Translations under genes and position numbers: made by a program
NCBI GenBank assembly: GCA_000708835.1
Contig: DF236954.1
Coordinates: 360,052 to 423,914 of the forward strand
Origin: Klebsormidium nitens
Taxonomy: Eukaryota > Plantae > Klebsormidiophyceae
DNA length: 63,863 bases
Direction: 5' to 3'
Notes under the pieces: generated by a model
Databases searched by the model: none
Seen by the model: the letters and a program-made list of their open reading frames with translations, nothing else
What the model was told of the DNA's origin: nothing
Part shown: one piece after another, positions 49,497-62,735 of the stretch
Numbering within the stretch: position 1 is the stretch's first letter
Layout of the letters: each line of letters begins with the position of its first letter

Positions 49497-51076
49497 GTCT
49501 CCAGTGCTTTGGGGCAGCAGTCTTTTCAGCAGGTCTAAAAGCGATCACAACACCACCTTGCTATTGAGCTATACTTGTAAAAAAGAACGTCGTTCCACAA
49601 TTGTTTGCTGGCAATGGCCTGCTTGTGCAATTGCTTCTCAGATTGGCCAGCCCCTAATACAATGTCTTAGGGGCGCATTGATCTCGGGCACAGCGCGTGA
49701 ATGCAAGCAACTTTTGTAATAACAGGTATTGATGCCGTACGGGAAAGCTACGATTGAAGTCCTGCTCTCCAAGCTTAGCTGAGCTGAATTATGAATGATG
49801 AATGCAACCTTAGCGCAGCTCCTGCAGCCACATGCAGCTCTAGCCTCTAGCATTCGTGAGCGTGAGCTCCGTCTTTGAGGCTTGAACCACTTTTCCTTGG
49901 CTTGAACCACGCCCGGGCAGAGAGTACTGCTTCGGAAATATCGCGGTAGTCTCCTGTATATTCCCTATGGAATTATGTAATATCTGACCTAGTGCTACGC
50001 TCATAAGGGCTTGATTTGTTTTCAATGCCTGACAAGGAGATCGCACTGCCGAAAACCCGGAGCATGAGTAAAGTTTAGCTACGAGGCACAAGGTGTTCAG
50101 GGTAACAAAATTGACAATAATCAGATCGGCCGGATATTTCAACAAGGAGCTTGCTCAATGCTGGGTCATCATGCATGGGTTGTCATGCATAAGGGGATGG
50201 CCTCAACCCGGTCGTGCCCGGGGGTAATAAGGGGCAGCCCCGGGAGGCATGCATAGGGATCCAGGATAGCCGGTGAAGGTGGCTGGTTCCGTTATGCAGT
50301 TACCGAAGCCGGCTTCGGCACGGTAAGATGTCCCAGCCCCAGTGAGGCAGTGCATGCCAGCCTTGTACAGGGGCTACGATAGCGAGGGCCTAGCTAGTTA
50401 AAAGGAAAGCCTCAGGTTAACCGTCGGGTAACTGAATCTGGTCAATGGATGTCAAAGGGGTGCGCCAATTCGATTGGCTCGGTTCACGTGACCCGGTCCA
50501 ACATCGTCGATTGGAACACGCGTACAGCTGCATGTCGGTGCTTGGCGAGAAGCGATCCCGTCGCGCCCTTGGGAACCCTTGCCAACCGATTCTCTGCCGA
50601 CGACTTTTCCTTCCGACATTTGTTGAATATCCTACTATTTAAAATACGGTTATGTAACCGTGCTAATGCGTAAGTGCTAACCGTCATTGAACTGCTCCCA
50701 GTTCATCTACTCCTTGCCGAGTCAGCATACCTGGCACGTAAAGCAGTCCAGTCGATGGTTCCGAATGCCGAGCAGACCCGGCTGATGAGCACCGGGGAAA
50801 AATAGAAACCCGGTTAGAACAAATAAGTCATGCGTAAAGTAGGTAGGTGCAAAATAGGCATTGCCAAAGGAGATTGAGCATTGCTTCCAAGCAGTTTCCA
50901 AGGTGGGGAAAAGGCGCCACCCATGAGGCACCACACATCGCCCTCTTCTCATTTAGTCCTAGGTCGTCTTAAGGAAGCTTTCTGAGACGGTTAGGAGAGA
51001 GGAGACCAGTTCTCTTCAAATATCAGTTCCTTGAATCATTGCTCTGGGGCTCCAAGAGGGTGTGCTCAGGAGGTTT

Positions 51077-54000
51077 ATGGCTACAGAACAATCCATCAGG
51101 TCTTATGTGAAGCGGTTGCTATCATCGGGGTCCTTGTACGACGGAAAGCACAGCCCGAAGCGTAGGCACGAGAGCAGATGCACGTGCGACGAGCTTGCTC
51201 AAAGCTACCCCGCCCGGCATTGCCCCGAGCATCTTTCGAGGGGCCACTTCCGTGGTCTTGGTGGGCCAGAGTACTCGCGTCTTAGTGCTGACGCTCTGAG
51301 GGAGCTTGAAACAGATGTTGAGAGGGGCATTGGTCGCAATAGCTCTCCGGAAGATGTTAGGGTTTCTTCTAACAGCGCCACTGCACCGCCACTCATAGAG
51401 CTAAAGTCTCCGCAGGAGGTGACTCAACCGAAGAACTCTGACGCCACGGAAATGGACATCGCCCGAAGGGCTTCCCCTGGGTTCTCCACAGGCATCATTC
51501 CTCTCACAAACAGCAGCGCAGTCAGCGCTTCTTACTCGGTAGTCCTGCCGAAAGTGAGAACCAGTGTGACCCCGCCAAAAAGTCCGACACATCATTACTC
51601 GCACTTCCGCCGGAGGAAGGGCCTCGTAAACGGAGGCAACGGGAGCGTGCGTGCGAGTGGGAGGGTTGCCGAAGTGGAGCGGGACTCCTTAGCATTTGAC
51701 AAGGAGACTTTGGAACGGCTGGCGGCAGGCAGGGAGGCTGGGCCGTCGGGGCGGGAGGAAGCGCTCGAAGCTGGCACTGATTTCATCAGCGTGACCACTT
51801 TCAACATTCTGGCCCCCATCTATAAGAGGGTGTCGGGGGACGGGGAGAGGGAGAGCGCGGACCAAGCAAGGTGGAAGAAGAGGAACCAGGAGATTGTGGA
51901 GTTGTTGCTGACCAAGAGGTCGTCCATCATATGCCTGCAGGTATGTGGGGGTTGGGGGATATGAGTGTTGGTGCTGGTTTCTCAAGCTTCACTGTTGGGG
52001 GCCAGAATGAGGTCCTGCAAAAAGGTGGTGTTTCTTGTTGCTCGGGCAACAGACCTTAACTTAGGTCAAGAATATGGGTGGTGAAGGCACATTCCCAAAA
52101 GGCCTACCCTTTGAGAACTTGCAACTCACGTAATACTGGTATTGGGCAAAAAGTGTTGCGGGATACAAGTAAGGCATGCTGGGGGTCAGCATGCCTCTTC
52201 TGCACTTGTGAGTAGACTGGGGAACAATCGATTGTGAAAGACTCTGACCGGGAGCATAGTAAACGTAGCTCTGCTGTCAAGATTGTCGTTCATTTCGGTC
52301 ATCATTTCAGCCCAAAGTGTTGCACACAAGGTTCTGAAACGAAGCCGTGCAGCCGTCACCTCTTTCCACTACTCCTGTACAGAGACTACTTTCCGGCATC
52401 TTCAAGAAGCAAACATATCTTCTCTAACTCTCTGCGCTCAGGAGTTTTGGCACAAGAACGAGGAGCTGTGCGAGCTGTACCGTGCAAAACTAGGCGCGGC
52501 CGGGTACACAATGTTCCAGATGGGGCGCACCAATGACAAGGGCGACGGTCTTTTTACGGCCGTCCAAAGCGACCACTTGCGGGTGCTTGACATGCGCGAG
52601 ATTGTATTCCACGACTGTGGGGACCGCGTGGCGCAGCTCTTCCATCTGCAGGTGAGCGTCATGTTTGCGGTGTAGGTGCCTTCGAAGTGTTTCCTCTTTC
52701 TTTTCTGTTGAAAGGGTGCGTGAGTTTCTGCATCCCCAGTTGAAGGGTGCTGTTCTGGTGATTTTTTCATTGTTAGGGTGTCACTTCTTGCAATCCCTTT
52801 CTTCTTTTTGCGGTCAAAGAAATAGAAAGGTTCTGTTTTGACCTGGGTGAGGGCGCTCGATCCCCGTTTTTCTATCTTGTGCGTCGTTGAAGATCCTGCT
52901 TTATCGGTGATTGACCAAAAATCCCAGACGCAGGGACTGCATACCTCAATCTTTTCATCTGCAGGCCATAAGGCTGTTAGTACGGGATGGATCTCGTGGT
53001 CTCGTGGTTGTTGCGCGGTTCCACTGCAGCCTTCTTTGCTTTTGGACGAGACTTTGAGAAGGTTTTCTTGTCCTTCATAAACTCCGCTTAGAACGCGGTT
53101 TTTGGCAGGTGCACAAGACCTCTGTATGCTTCGTCAGAGTTAATGTCAAAGTTTCACCGTCACGTTATTGGAAACACAGCAGTCGAAAGATTGTGCAAAC
53201 TCCCCGAAAGCAACTCAAATCCCGCTTTTCTTTCGCTCGTCTTCGCTCCCATTCCCCTTCCGCACAAGCCCGCTCACTTGCTCACCAGTTTCGAAGCTGT
53301 CATACGTTTGCGAGACAGCATAAAGCACTTTTGCAAACTTCCGTGCTTTCATGTCTATTCACACTCCTGAAGCGGCCCCTTTTTAAAAAGAAAGTGTAGG
53401 CGGACGCATTCGAGTGACCTGGAAAGCGACACAGAGCCGATAGTAGCAGCAGTATGGTCGCCAAGGATCGACATCAGCTCATGACCACGTGGTGCCATTT
53501 CGGCGACAAAACACCAGCCTTCTCCAGCCTAATGTCGCTGCGTGTTTCTTGCATCGCCACGCCCATTCAAAGTCTGTTATCCCCGCTGTTCTCAGGCGAC
53601 GGAGCTGCTGAGCAAGTGCAGCATCGACGACCACGAGGCACGGCCGTTCGACTGGTGCGGGACGGAGCATGCGGCGGAGCTAATCCTTGTGAACACTCAC
53701 CTCATGTTCCCGCACAACGGCAACGCGTGCGTCATAAGGTTACGTCAGGTAAGTTGCTGTGCGGATGTCAAAGCGTCTGCAAGTTTCGGTCTGTGCGCAA
53801 CAAAAATGTATGCTTAATGTAGGAGAGTAGGCAACGGTAGGGGATTCGATGCAGGAGACGTAAGAGAGCTGCCCTTAGCTGGTGTCTTCTCTCCTTCACT
53901 CTGTCCAAGGTCAAAGGAAACTTACCATGCATTGTTTGACGTTTGGACCCAATTTCAGAAAATGTCAAGCCTTTCTTCTTCGGAAATACATTGCAATCAG

Positions 54001-56938
54001 AAATCGGATTCGAGTTGAAGATTGTCGACAAAGACGGAGAGTTCTTCTGGTCTGGTTAGGATGCGGCTTGTGACTACACATGGCCGCCTGTTTCAAATCC
54101 GTCTGGCCCCTTGCTCAACTTGGGCCGACAGATGGTCGCAGAAGAAATGCACGAACGGCTCAGATGAACTTGGTTGCCAGGAATATTGCTCGAAGCCGCA
54201 GTACCCAATCAGCTGCCCCTGGGTCATTTTCGAAGAAGAATGAACGGAATTGGCCATTGTAACGTTGTGGCGGTCCTCGCTTCCTCCACAGGTGTACAAA
54301 CTTGTAGATTACTTAGGGCGCTACCAGCGGGAACGTAACCTGCCCCCTATGCCGATCATCTTGTGCGGGTGAGGGCTCCGGGTCGTTCATGCGGTGGTTC
54401 AAAGGCCAATCCCTGAAAATTAGCGTCTCGTTCAGGATCTGCGAATGTTGTAGCCAGCCCGAGTAGGCGGTGCAGCAGAAGCCTGTACCACACCGTTTCA
54501 CACCTCTTGAATGTTGCAGATGGGGAGGAAGAAGAATCTCTTGGTCTGACCTCCTGTCAGGGACCCGTTCTTACACTCTTTCTCTCTGGCTGCCCGATCT
54601 CTAAGCTGCTCGCTTACTGCTCATCGTTACGCTGCTAATCGATCGGATTGCCGGTTATTCCGTGTTCCGTTTGCTGTTCCTTCCGTTTTCTGAACGTTCC
54701 GTTCGGCCATCGTTCCGCTGTGCTCATCATTCCGTTCCTGACTCGTGCTGCGCAGCGACTGGAACGGCAGCAAGCACGGGCAGGTGTACAAGTTCCTGCG
54801 CTCGCGCGGGTGCATCTCCACATACGACGCCGTGCACGAGTACGACGACAACGACTCTAGCAGAGTGAGCACTGGCGACTGCCCTCCATCGTCTTTTCCG
54901 TTCCGTTGTTCCTTTTCTGTAGCAGAACCTCGTTCCGTCTTCACCCGAAGCGGTTGGGGCTTCGAAGGGATCTAGCGTGCTCCTCAGATTTCTCATACAT
55001 GCCTAGTTTTTGAACAGCATGCGATACTCGTGCTTGCAGTGGGTGAGCCACCAGAACCACCGGGGCAATCTGGCGGGTGTGGACTTCATTTACCTGCTCA
55101 ATCCGAGCAACCAGTGCGAGAAACTAGAGGCGGACTGGAAGTACGGCGCGTTTGCCATGATCCGGGTGAGCGCGTCTTGACGAATTTGTTTCCCGTTGAG
55201 GTTGAGCGAAAAAAAGCGACAAGATAACCTGCAGTCTTCTGGTCGTGGACAAGATAGATTGCGAGATTTGAATCTCTATTGTTCCGTTGTCGTCCACAGC
55301 GATTGCGTACCGACCATTGGCAAAATCACAGGAGTGAAGGTCAACCGTACATTTGGCAAAAGGAGACCATCTCCCCCCATTTAAACCGAAGCCAGGCTGC
55401 GGAAAGTCGTGCTGCGGCCTGCCCTGACAGGGAAGCGTCTGAGTTGACCAACAGTTTGGGTTATTCCTTCTTCAACAACTCTCCCCTGACCTGCAACAAT
55501 CAAAGCATCGGTTTTCGCTGAATACCTGCAGTTGAAGCTACGCAAAGCGGGGCTCGATCCTGGAAAGTCCAATTCTATTCGAACACTCGTACACGATCCT
55601 TCAACATGCGTTCCGCCACCCGTCAATCCACGCTTTCGTCATGTCTTTCTCGTTTTCCAAATTCGAAGCCGCGCAATATTGTTCTACCCGATCGTGAGAC
55701 ATCCGGTTTGACTGCGACTGTCATACCCAACAACCTTCTTCTCCATCAACCCTCCCCCCCACCCGCTCCAACCAAATTCAACACCCCCGTCCTTAAAGTC
55801 TTCGCGATTAGGTTCATAAGTGTTCCCCTCCTTCCGGAGCACCCGCTTCACCCAATGTCACAGGGAAGTCTTGCTCGCTTTTTCCAGTCGAAGCTGCGCG
55901 AAGCGGGCCTGCACGACCGCGACGCGTTCCAGTTCTTCCTCAAGGACGGCACGCACGACGACCACATCACGATGAACGAGTTCTACTGCGCGCTCGACGA
56001 CTTGGGGCTCACCGGCAACGAGGACAACTACGGGCTGACGCCCGAGGAGATCCGCGAGATCGCGCACGGGCTGGATAAGGACGGGGATGGCGTCATCTCA
56101 TTCGAAGAAGCCGCGGTAAGGAAGGTTGCGATTGTCTTTGACGTGTCTTGACGTTGAGGGAGAAGGTTAGAAAGGTTGTCGACGCCCGAGGAACTTGGGT
56201 TGGACGGAGACGGCGATGGCGTCATCTCGTCTCGAGGAAGCGGCGCTGAGGACGATTGAAACGTGCAACTTGGTTGAGATTTTCAAAGTAAAGTTTGAAA
56301 GGCTTGAAAGGTGACTTGACCGAGGACTTTGGCGGGTCTGTGTACGAGCTGCGTAAGGACGCGGATGGCGTCACTGGGTAAGGAAGAAAGTGAACGTGCG
56401 GCTTTCTTGAAAGTTGAAGGGCAGCTTGTGAGGTTTTGTTGAGGAAGCAGCAGTGAGGTTTCGTGAAAGTGCAGCTATCGTTCGAGTCTGTCAATTATCA
56501 AGGGCAGGTTTTTGAAAGCGGTATGTAGTTGGAGAGCTGGCGGCAGGGCTGCCAGTACCGGTGAACTCATGAAAGTACTTTCCGGCCGAAAAAGTTGTGA
56601 AACTACTGTCACCAAGGGTATGTTGTCAATGGCAACGGCTGATCTGTCGTCCCGTCCTGCAGGCACGTGTCAGCGAGATTGAGGCAGTCATGGAGGCCTC
56701 CATGACCATTGATGGAGACACGTCATACATGATGGAAGTCAACTCGCCGCGGGGCCCGCCAGAGGAGACGACATTGCCTCCGGAAGGGCTTGAATTTATC
56801 GTCCGGGACGCCTCGTTTGACCGGTCCGATTTTGAGGAGGCGCGGTGGCCGAGCGACTATACGCTCAGTGACCATGCGCCACTGACGGCCATTTTTGAAC
56901 CGGTAATAAGGATCTCTGAAGGAGACGCTGTAAGCTGA
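51077..56938 (+). CDS. Calcium-binding EF-hand endonuclease/exonuclease/phosphatase (EEP, CCR4/nocturnin-like fold) protein
   Basis: Exons 51077-51940, 52442-52651, 53596-53748, 54292-54368, 54756-54864, 55040-55165, 55888-56115, 56663-56938. Motifs TTFNILAP, IICLQEFW, NTHL, ILCGDWNG, VDFI, SDHAPL; EF loop DKDGDGVISFEE. Confidence 0.92.
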
Positions 56939-57872
56939 AGATAGATAAGCGGCGGTCTATGAAGATATGGCAATTGCCTTGAGAGAGCGGATATAGATTC
57001 GTATGAGCAATAGGTAATGTTTTCAACGATAAGGAGTTGGAAAGATTCATAAAGGCGCTTTGCGTCCATAATGCTGGACAGTGCAAGCCAGTGCAAGCCG
57101 AGCATAGACCACGGAGTCCTGAATTGGTTGAAACGTTGAATTGACGTGCCCTTGGAATCCATTGGCCATACGGAGGACATTGTTTATGGCATGACATGAG
57201 TATAATGGTCCGGGCTTTCTGTTACTGCTGGCAGAGCTACACAGCTTACGTGATACGACTTTAGGGCCTGCTTTCAGCTAGCCCTTCAATGATTGGAAAA
57301 GAGAAATTGACCATGCGCCGTCATGATGGCGCGCGCGCAAGCTTGCAGCGTGCATCGTAGTACGTACTCATTCGCATCTAAAGGTGTTTGCATGTTGTGC
57401 ACCATGAAGCTGCGCTATAAAGCAAAAACTCAACAAATTTCGTAGCCTCAATATAAACTTAGGGTTGCATGGCCGAGAATAAAGTGACCGTTACCATGAT
57501 GCTGCAAGCTGCATCGAATGATCATTGCCCATATCTTAAATCATGGTTCATGCATACATGTACTAAGGGAAGCATGCAGCGCATACCAGATAGATATGCC
57601 GCCAAAACATACTATTGAATTCACGTACGTATACACATAGCTGAGCCTGTAAACCATTGAGATCCAATGTGGTCAACACACGAACTGCGACAACGACTAT
57701 ACAGTGATATGCAGCCTGCCTGGCTGGCAGCACACAGTGCTTACCACCCTATACATTCATTACATAAACCTAGATTGAGTGCTGCAAAGTTGACAAGCTC
57801 TCACCAAGCACAAGCACAAGCACACGCAACTTGCCGAGTCATTGTCTTTTTGCCAATGATGTTGATGAGGTG

Positions 57873-58271
57873 GGACAAGGAGAATGATTCTTTTGGTAAC
57901 CCTGAGCCCGGGGGCTGTTGGAAGGTGCCTTTAGTGACTTGGGGTCACAGTTACCGGGATATGTAGATCTCGTGTGTCAAACCGTCCGGGCTTAAAAAGT
58001 TGTGTTTTCTATAACACTTTCCAAGATGCATTGCCCCAGTGGATCCTCTCCGAGTTCAAAATGAAGTTGCAGTAGCCAAACCCGAAGTCTGACCCAGAAC
58101 CATGAGGGCAGACGAGCAAATGCACACCGTTCGATGCTTGGCACATATTCATCGGATGGTTACAATCTTGCCATCTGCACGTGGAGCTCTGGTCAAGCTT
58201 CACACGTCAGGAAAGGCACCTTCCAACAGCCCCCGGGCTCAGGGTCCCGAAAAGAACCATTCTCCTTGTCC
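57873..58271. mobile_element. Foldback/MITE-like element with about 60-bp terminal inverted repeats
   Basis: Perfect 34-bp IR at 57899-57932 / 58212-58245, extending to 57873 / 58271 with 4 mismatches. TSD not resolved. Confidence 0.7.
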
Positions 58272-60463
58272 GCCCTCTAGCAGTCAAAATCCATCTTCTT
58301 TCTGTCAGCTTTTCAATGCTGTAATCGGACTTTACCAAATCGAAGGGGCTGCGTGTGCATACAAGCAGATGTATCGAAAGGTAGCCCTGGTCACACTTTC
58401 TGCTCCCTGGGACTGAAGTTGGCGGGTAGATTTGCACCGGTCAGTACTTATTTCTGACCCCGACCCGAATCATGGGCTCTTTAGGGGTCCCATGGGGACC
58501 TGCCAAACGCCTCTCCTAGTCAGAACAACCACCTGAGCAATGGCTATGGGTCGGTGAAGTCTGCTGAGCCGTTTCACTAAAACAGGCAATCGGGCGGCCT
58601 TCATAAGGTGACCCTCCGACGGCCAAATGAACCCCAGATTTGCATCACTTTTGACCAAAGGTACCCCCGAGGTGACGACCTTCTCAGATTTTCGTCGAAG
58701 TGCCCGGTTGGACTTTAGCAGCTTTGGTTGTGGCCAAAAACGGGTTATTTTTGCAGGGCAGTTTTTTACCATTGTTAGCTTGATTGTGCCCTCGTGGTTG
58801 CCAGATTGACTTCGACGTCGATGTTAGGCTCTAAACACCTTCTCCATGACCCAAGCTTTCCATCGAACCTTGGGTCGGGGGGCCAATCGCAACCGCTGAG
58901 GGATTATGACGCCCGCCAGATTACCCTCCTTCCAAATTTGTTTGAGGGCAAAACTCGATAACGTCAACATCCAGACGTCGTATGGCAATCTAACCCAATT
59001 CAACGACCTCAAATTGGTTGAAACCCCCCTTCTGGGTCCTGCCAACCTATACGAAGGCCTGCGAAGCTCGTATGATGGGCCTCAGGTGGTTCAGCTGGCT
59101 CTGATTAGGGTTGCAGCGATGCCTTACCAGCCAGATTAGGGTTCTGAATTAGGACAAAACGAGGGCATCCTACGGTGCTCTTGAAGCCGTCGATGCGTAA
59201 TTTGATTAGTATTTGACCGTAGATGACCTGCTCAGCCGCCCCGACTCCTCATACGACCCGGAGAGTGCACTCGTTATATTCGCCCAGGGAGCCGCGTTGG
59301 GGTACCCGTCGCAAAAAATCAGCCAAAACAGTAAACCTTCTCTCCTTTTGAAATGTACCTCGGTACTGCTTTGTAGGGATCCCCGTTGACCAAGTCGCAA
59401 TCGACACCGTCCAATCACGTGAATGAAGCCTGACGGACGGTTGGCAGGGCGTGCTAGATTTGATCTGGCGGGAAACGTTTGAACAGACGCGTCCCCAAAA
59501 CAAGCTGACCCCGACTACCTAGGTAGACTTACCGTACAGCTACAGCTACGGTACCGGTACCGGTTGGTACAAACCGTACAGGCTCCAGCACAGCTGATGC
59601 CAATTGGCAATTGCAATGGCCATTGGCATTGGCCATTGAGATTTCGCACCACATCGCGTCCCAAGTGAATTCCATTGTTAAACGCCAATTCCCTGAACGG
59701 CGCATTAGGTACTCAGGTTCCGCTGACAATCTTAAAGGTAGCTGAACGCACTTTTCCAGGGGAGAAAGCGCTCACGACAATCAAGTCACCCCTTCTGCAG
59801 GCACACAGGTGGTTCAGCCAATGGGGCGCTCCAGCAAGGGCAGCCGGCCGGGGCGGCATCAGTCGATAGAGGGCTTCTTTGCTCGCCCAGAGATGTGGCA
59901 TCCTGTAAAACCTGCTTGTAGGACCGACACAGACAAAGCAGCAAATGCAGGGCCGCCAACTAGACAGGGCCAGATGTCGAGCTCCCTCCTTCAGTTGCTG
60001 GCGGGGCGCAAAGCAGAACACGCGGGTGCAGCGGTCAGCAATCTTTCCCCTTGTTTTGCTCAAGCATTGGCTGAATGAGCTCAGCGCTGATGCAATGAGA
60101 GAATCAATCCAGTAGGCATTGCAGCAAAGTGCTGTGAAAGTGTGTTGTCTACTCCGCAAGCGCTATGTTGAAGTCGGACCCTATTCCAATGCAAGTAAAA
60201 GTGTTCTTGTGATTTGTAAATTCAATATTTTATGAGTGTGCTGCCGATTCATGAATTGATAACGCATAAGGTTTGCCAACTCGCTGGCAGCTGCCCTCTG
60301 CCTGCAACCGGTGTAAGTGAATCGAGTGAGGTACAGTCAGCAGAGGCCCGCAACCTGCGTCTGAGTCTTCCTGCCCTCCAGTGACTTTGTTCTTTGTCAA
60401 TTTACCCTCGTGTTGATCACCTCATGAATCAAAGCATTTCTAGATGACCAGAGAACCCCAAAG

Positions 60464-60692
60464 GGACTCAAGATTGAGGCAATAAACATCTACTCAAGGT
60501 CCGCACGTTTATTCCTGTGCTTCTGACCTCCTTTTTAGCCTTGCAGAAGATCTCCCCAAGAGTTTCTGACCTCACAAGGACACAAGATTGAGGTTATGAG
60601 ACATCTGCTCAGGTTAACATGTTTCTCCCTGACTTTCTGTCCTCCTTCTCGGCCTTGCAGAACATGTCCCCAAAACTTCCTGAACCTCGCAA
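60464..60692 (+). repeat. About 114-bp tandem duplication spanning donor-intron-acceptor at the 5' end of the zinc-finger gene
   Basis: ggactcaagattgaggcaataaacatctactcaagg...gccttgcagaagatctccccaag vs ggacacaagattgaggttatgagacatctgctcagg...gccttgcagaacatgtccccaaa. Confidence 0.7.
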
Positions 60693-62735
60693 GATCAGTA
60701 AGGCAGCACAGGAGTACCGGTGTCCCGTGTGCGGCGAGGCTTTCCCATCTGAAGCGGAGAAAGAGGTGGGGAGCTGAGCTCTCCAGCTATACGGATGTCT
60801 GTGCCACTAGGAAGATTTTGTACTTATCAGTCGTTTGACTTCTCTGTGATAGTCTATCCAATGCTTTGAATGATTTGAGTGATATTCTTCGCTTCTACCC
60901 TTCAATAGTAAGCCCAGTTAGCTGCTCGGTTCGACCTCACTTTATGGGGCTTGCTTCTGCAAAGTCAGAATTTGGCCCCATGGATTATTCTCAAAAGGAT
61001 TGTTCCATGAAGGTTTAGATCACTGTCTGCTGTGAACGAGTGAAATCTACAAAGAGGGCACAATTTACTGTCAGAACAACTGGATGGTGAATGTGGACTT
61101 CTGGCCTGTAACTCCCCCCCCTGTGAAACAGGAAATCAGAGAATAAAACTGTACGTCTTAACTAACCTGGACTGTCCTACAAAGGGATAGGTACGGGGTG
61201 TCCCTTTGAGGAGTCGGCTGAGAATCTGCCTTCATCACCACCGCTGTTACAAAATGAATTCACAAAAACTCCTCCTGCTGCATGAAGTTTTCAAGCTGCA
61301 GCATATGAAAGTTTTGCCTGCAAATTACAAAGTAATCGATAGGACACAAGTTCATAGGAAAACAAAGAAGGCATATACAGCTTTCTGTGTACGATCACAG
61401 CGTGCTTATTCTTTCAATTAGCTGCATATCTTGATTTTGGCCAACAGAAGAAGAATGATTATTGCTGAGCAGGACCACATGGCAAAAGAGTTTGAGTTGA
61501 TGGAAGACCTCGACATGCCATCTCCGGGCCCCCCGTCTGGTTCCCCTGAGGAAACCACGCCCCCCGTTGCGGGGCCTTCCCGACCCAACAATGCCCGGGG
61601 GATCCCTCCTGTTGCGACCGGCAGGACCTTCACAAACTCCAGACCGAGCATCCGGAGAAGCCCCTTTTCAGTCAAAGGAGGGTTTGGGGGTGGGTTAAGC
61701 GGGACACCGGGGGGCGCCGAGCGGGCGGTCACTCCGGACATAGAGTCGCTCATGCGGAGCGCCGCGGAGCGAGCGCAGAGGGAGTTGAGCGAGAAGGCGC
61801 GCAGAGCGGAGGAAGAAAGGGTCAGAAACGGGGGTCAAGAGGGGGCTGCGACACAAGACGAGGAACGAGAGCAAGAGCCTAAAGCACAAAGGGGTACGGG
61901 GGAGGAGAAAGGGGAAATCGAAAAGGAGGGGCAAGAAGGGGGGGAGGAAAAGGAAGGGGGGAAGGGGAAGGGGGAGGGCAGCCAGGAGGGGGGAGAGGGC
62001 GGGAAGAAGGGAGTGAAGAGGAACGGGCCCGAGGGACAGAAGAAGTGTTTCATCTGTCGCTGCTGGGTACCAGAGGAGGTGAGATCCCGAGGCAGACTCC
62101 ACATACATACAAGAAAACATTCTTTTAACTGGTTTCGTGGTCCAACCTCCCCCTCTTTTTCTTGACTCTGTGCGTCACCTGGGTCTTGAATAGACCAATA
62201 CTGCTAGCTTTTCGGCGGGAAAGAAAGGAAGAAAAAACTAAGTTTGCAGGCGATGGGATCATGTCGCATAGCCAGCCTGTGAGGGGTGTCTATTCAACGT
62301 TTTCGTGATTAAGGCGGGCAGATCGCAGGACCGGCAGCCTGGAAGCATACTGCAATCGAAAGTGCGTCCCTCGCACAGCCAAGTGTAAGCGCTGTTAGCA
62401 GGTTCTATGGAGTTCCATGCACGTGTTGCCTTGTACTTTGGGTTCTGCAGATGCGCAGTGTAATAAACAGTGGCCGCCCATTTTTGTGTCGCGCATCTTG
62501 TCAAAGTTGCCTGCTCGAGTACTCAATAAGCCCTCCAAAATGAAAGTAAGAGTTGTAGTTGAACCGAGTCTGATTCCAGACTTGGGGGATGCAGATTCTG
62601 GGCAGTTTGATGACCAAACGCAGCCATCGAACGGCCTCAAGAAACAGTATCAGCGCAGACGAAGACGACCAATTCTGACGTGGTATTGTTTTGCAGGAGT
62701 ACGAAGTCCACGTCAGCAACGAGCTGAACGTAGAG
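60664..62735 (+). CDS. Low-complexity protein with two C-x2-C-x11/12-H zinc-finger-like motifs (3' end unresolved)
   Basis: Exons 60664-60765, 61422-62078, 62697-62735 join in phase. Both fingers are completed only after splicing: YRCPVCGEAFPSEAEKE|LH and CFICRCWVPEE|EYEVH. Confidence 0.6.

Noticed and set aside
50781-50815. CTGATGAG...GAAA as a hammerhead ribozyme
   Set aside because: The G10.1-C11.1 pair before GAAA and stems II/III are missing.
58450-59520. Possible TE bounded by ctgaccccgac direct repeats
   Set aside because: Only 11 bp of identity, with no TIR, TSD or coding remnant identified.
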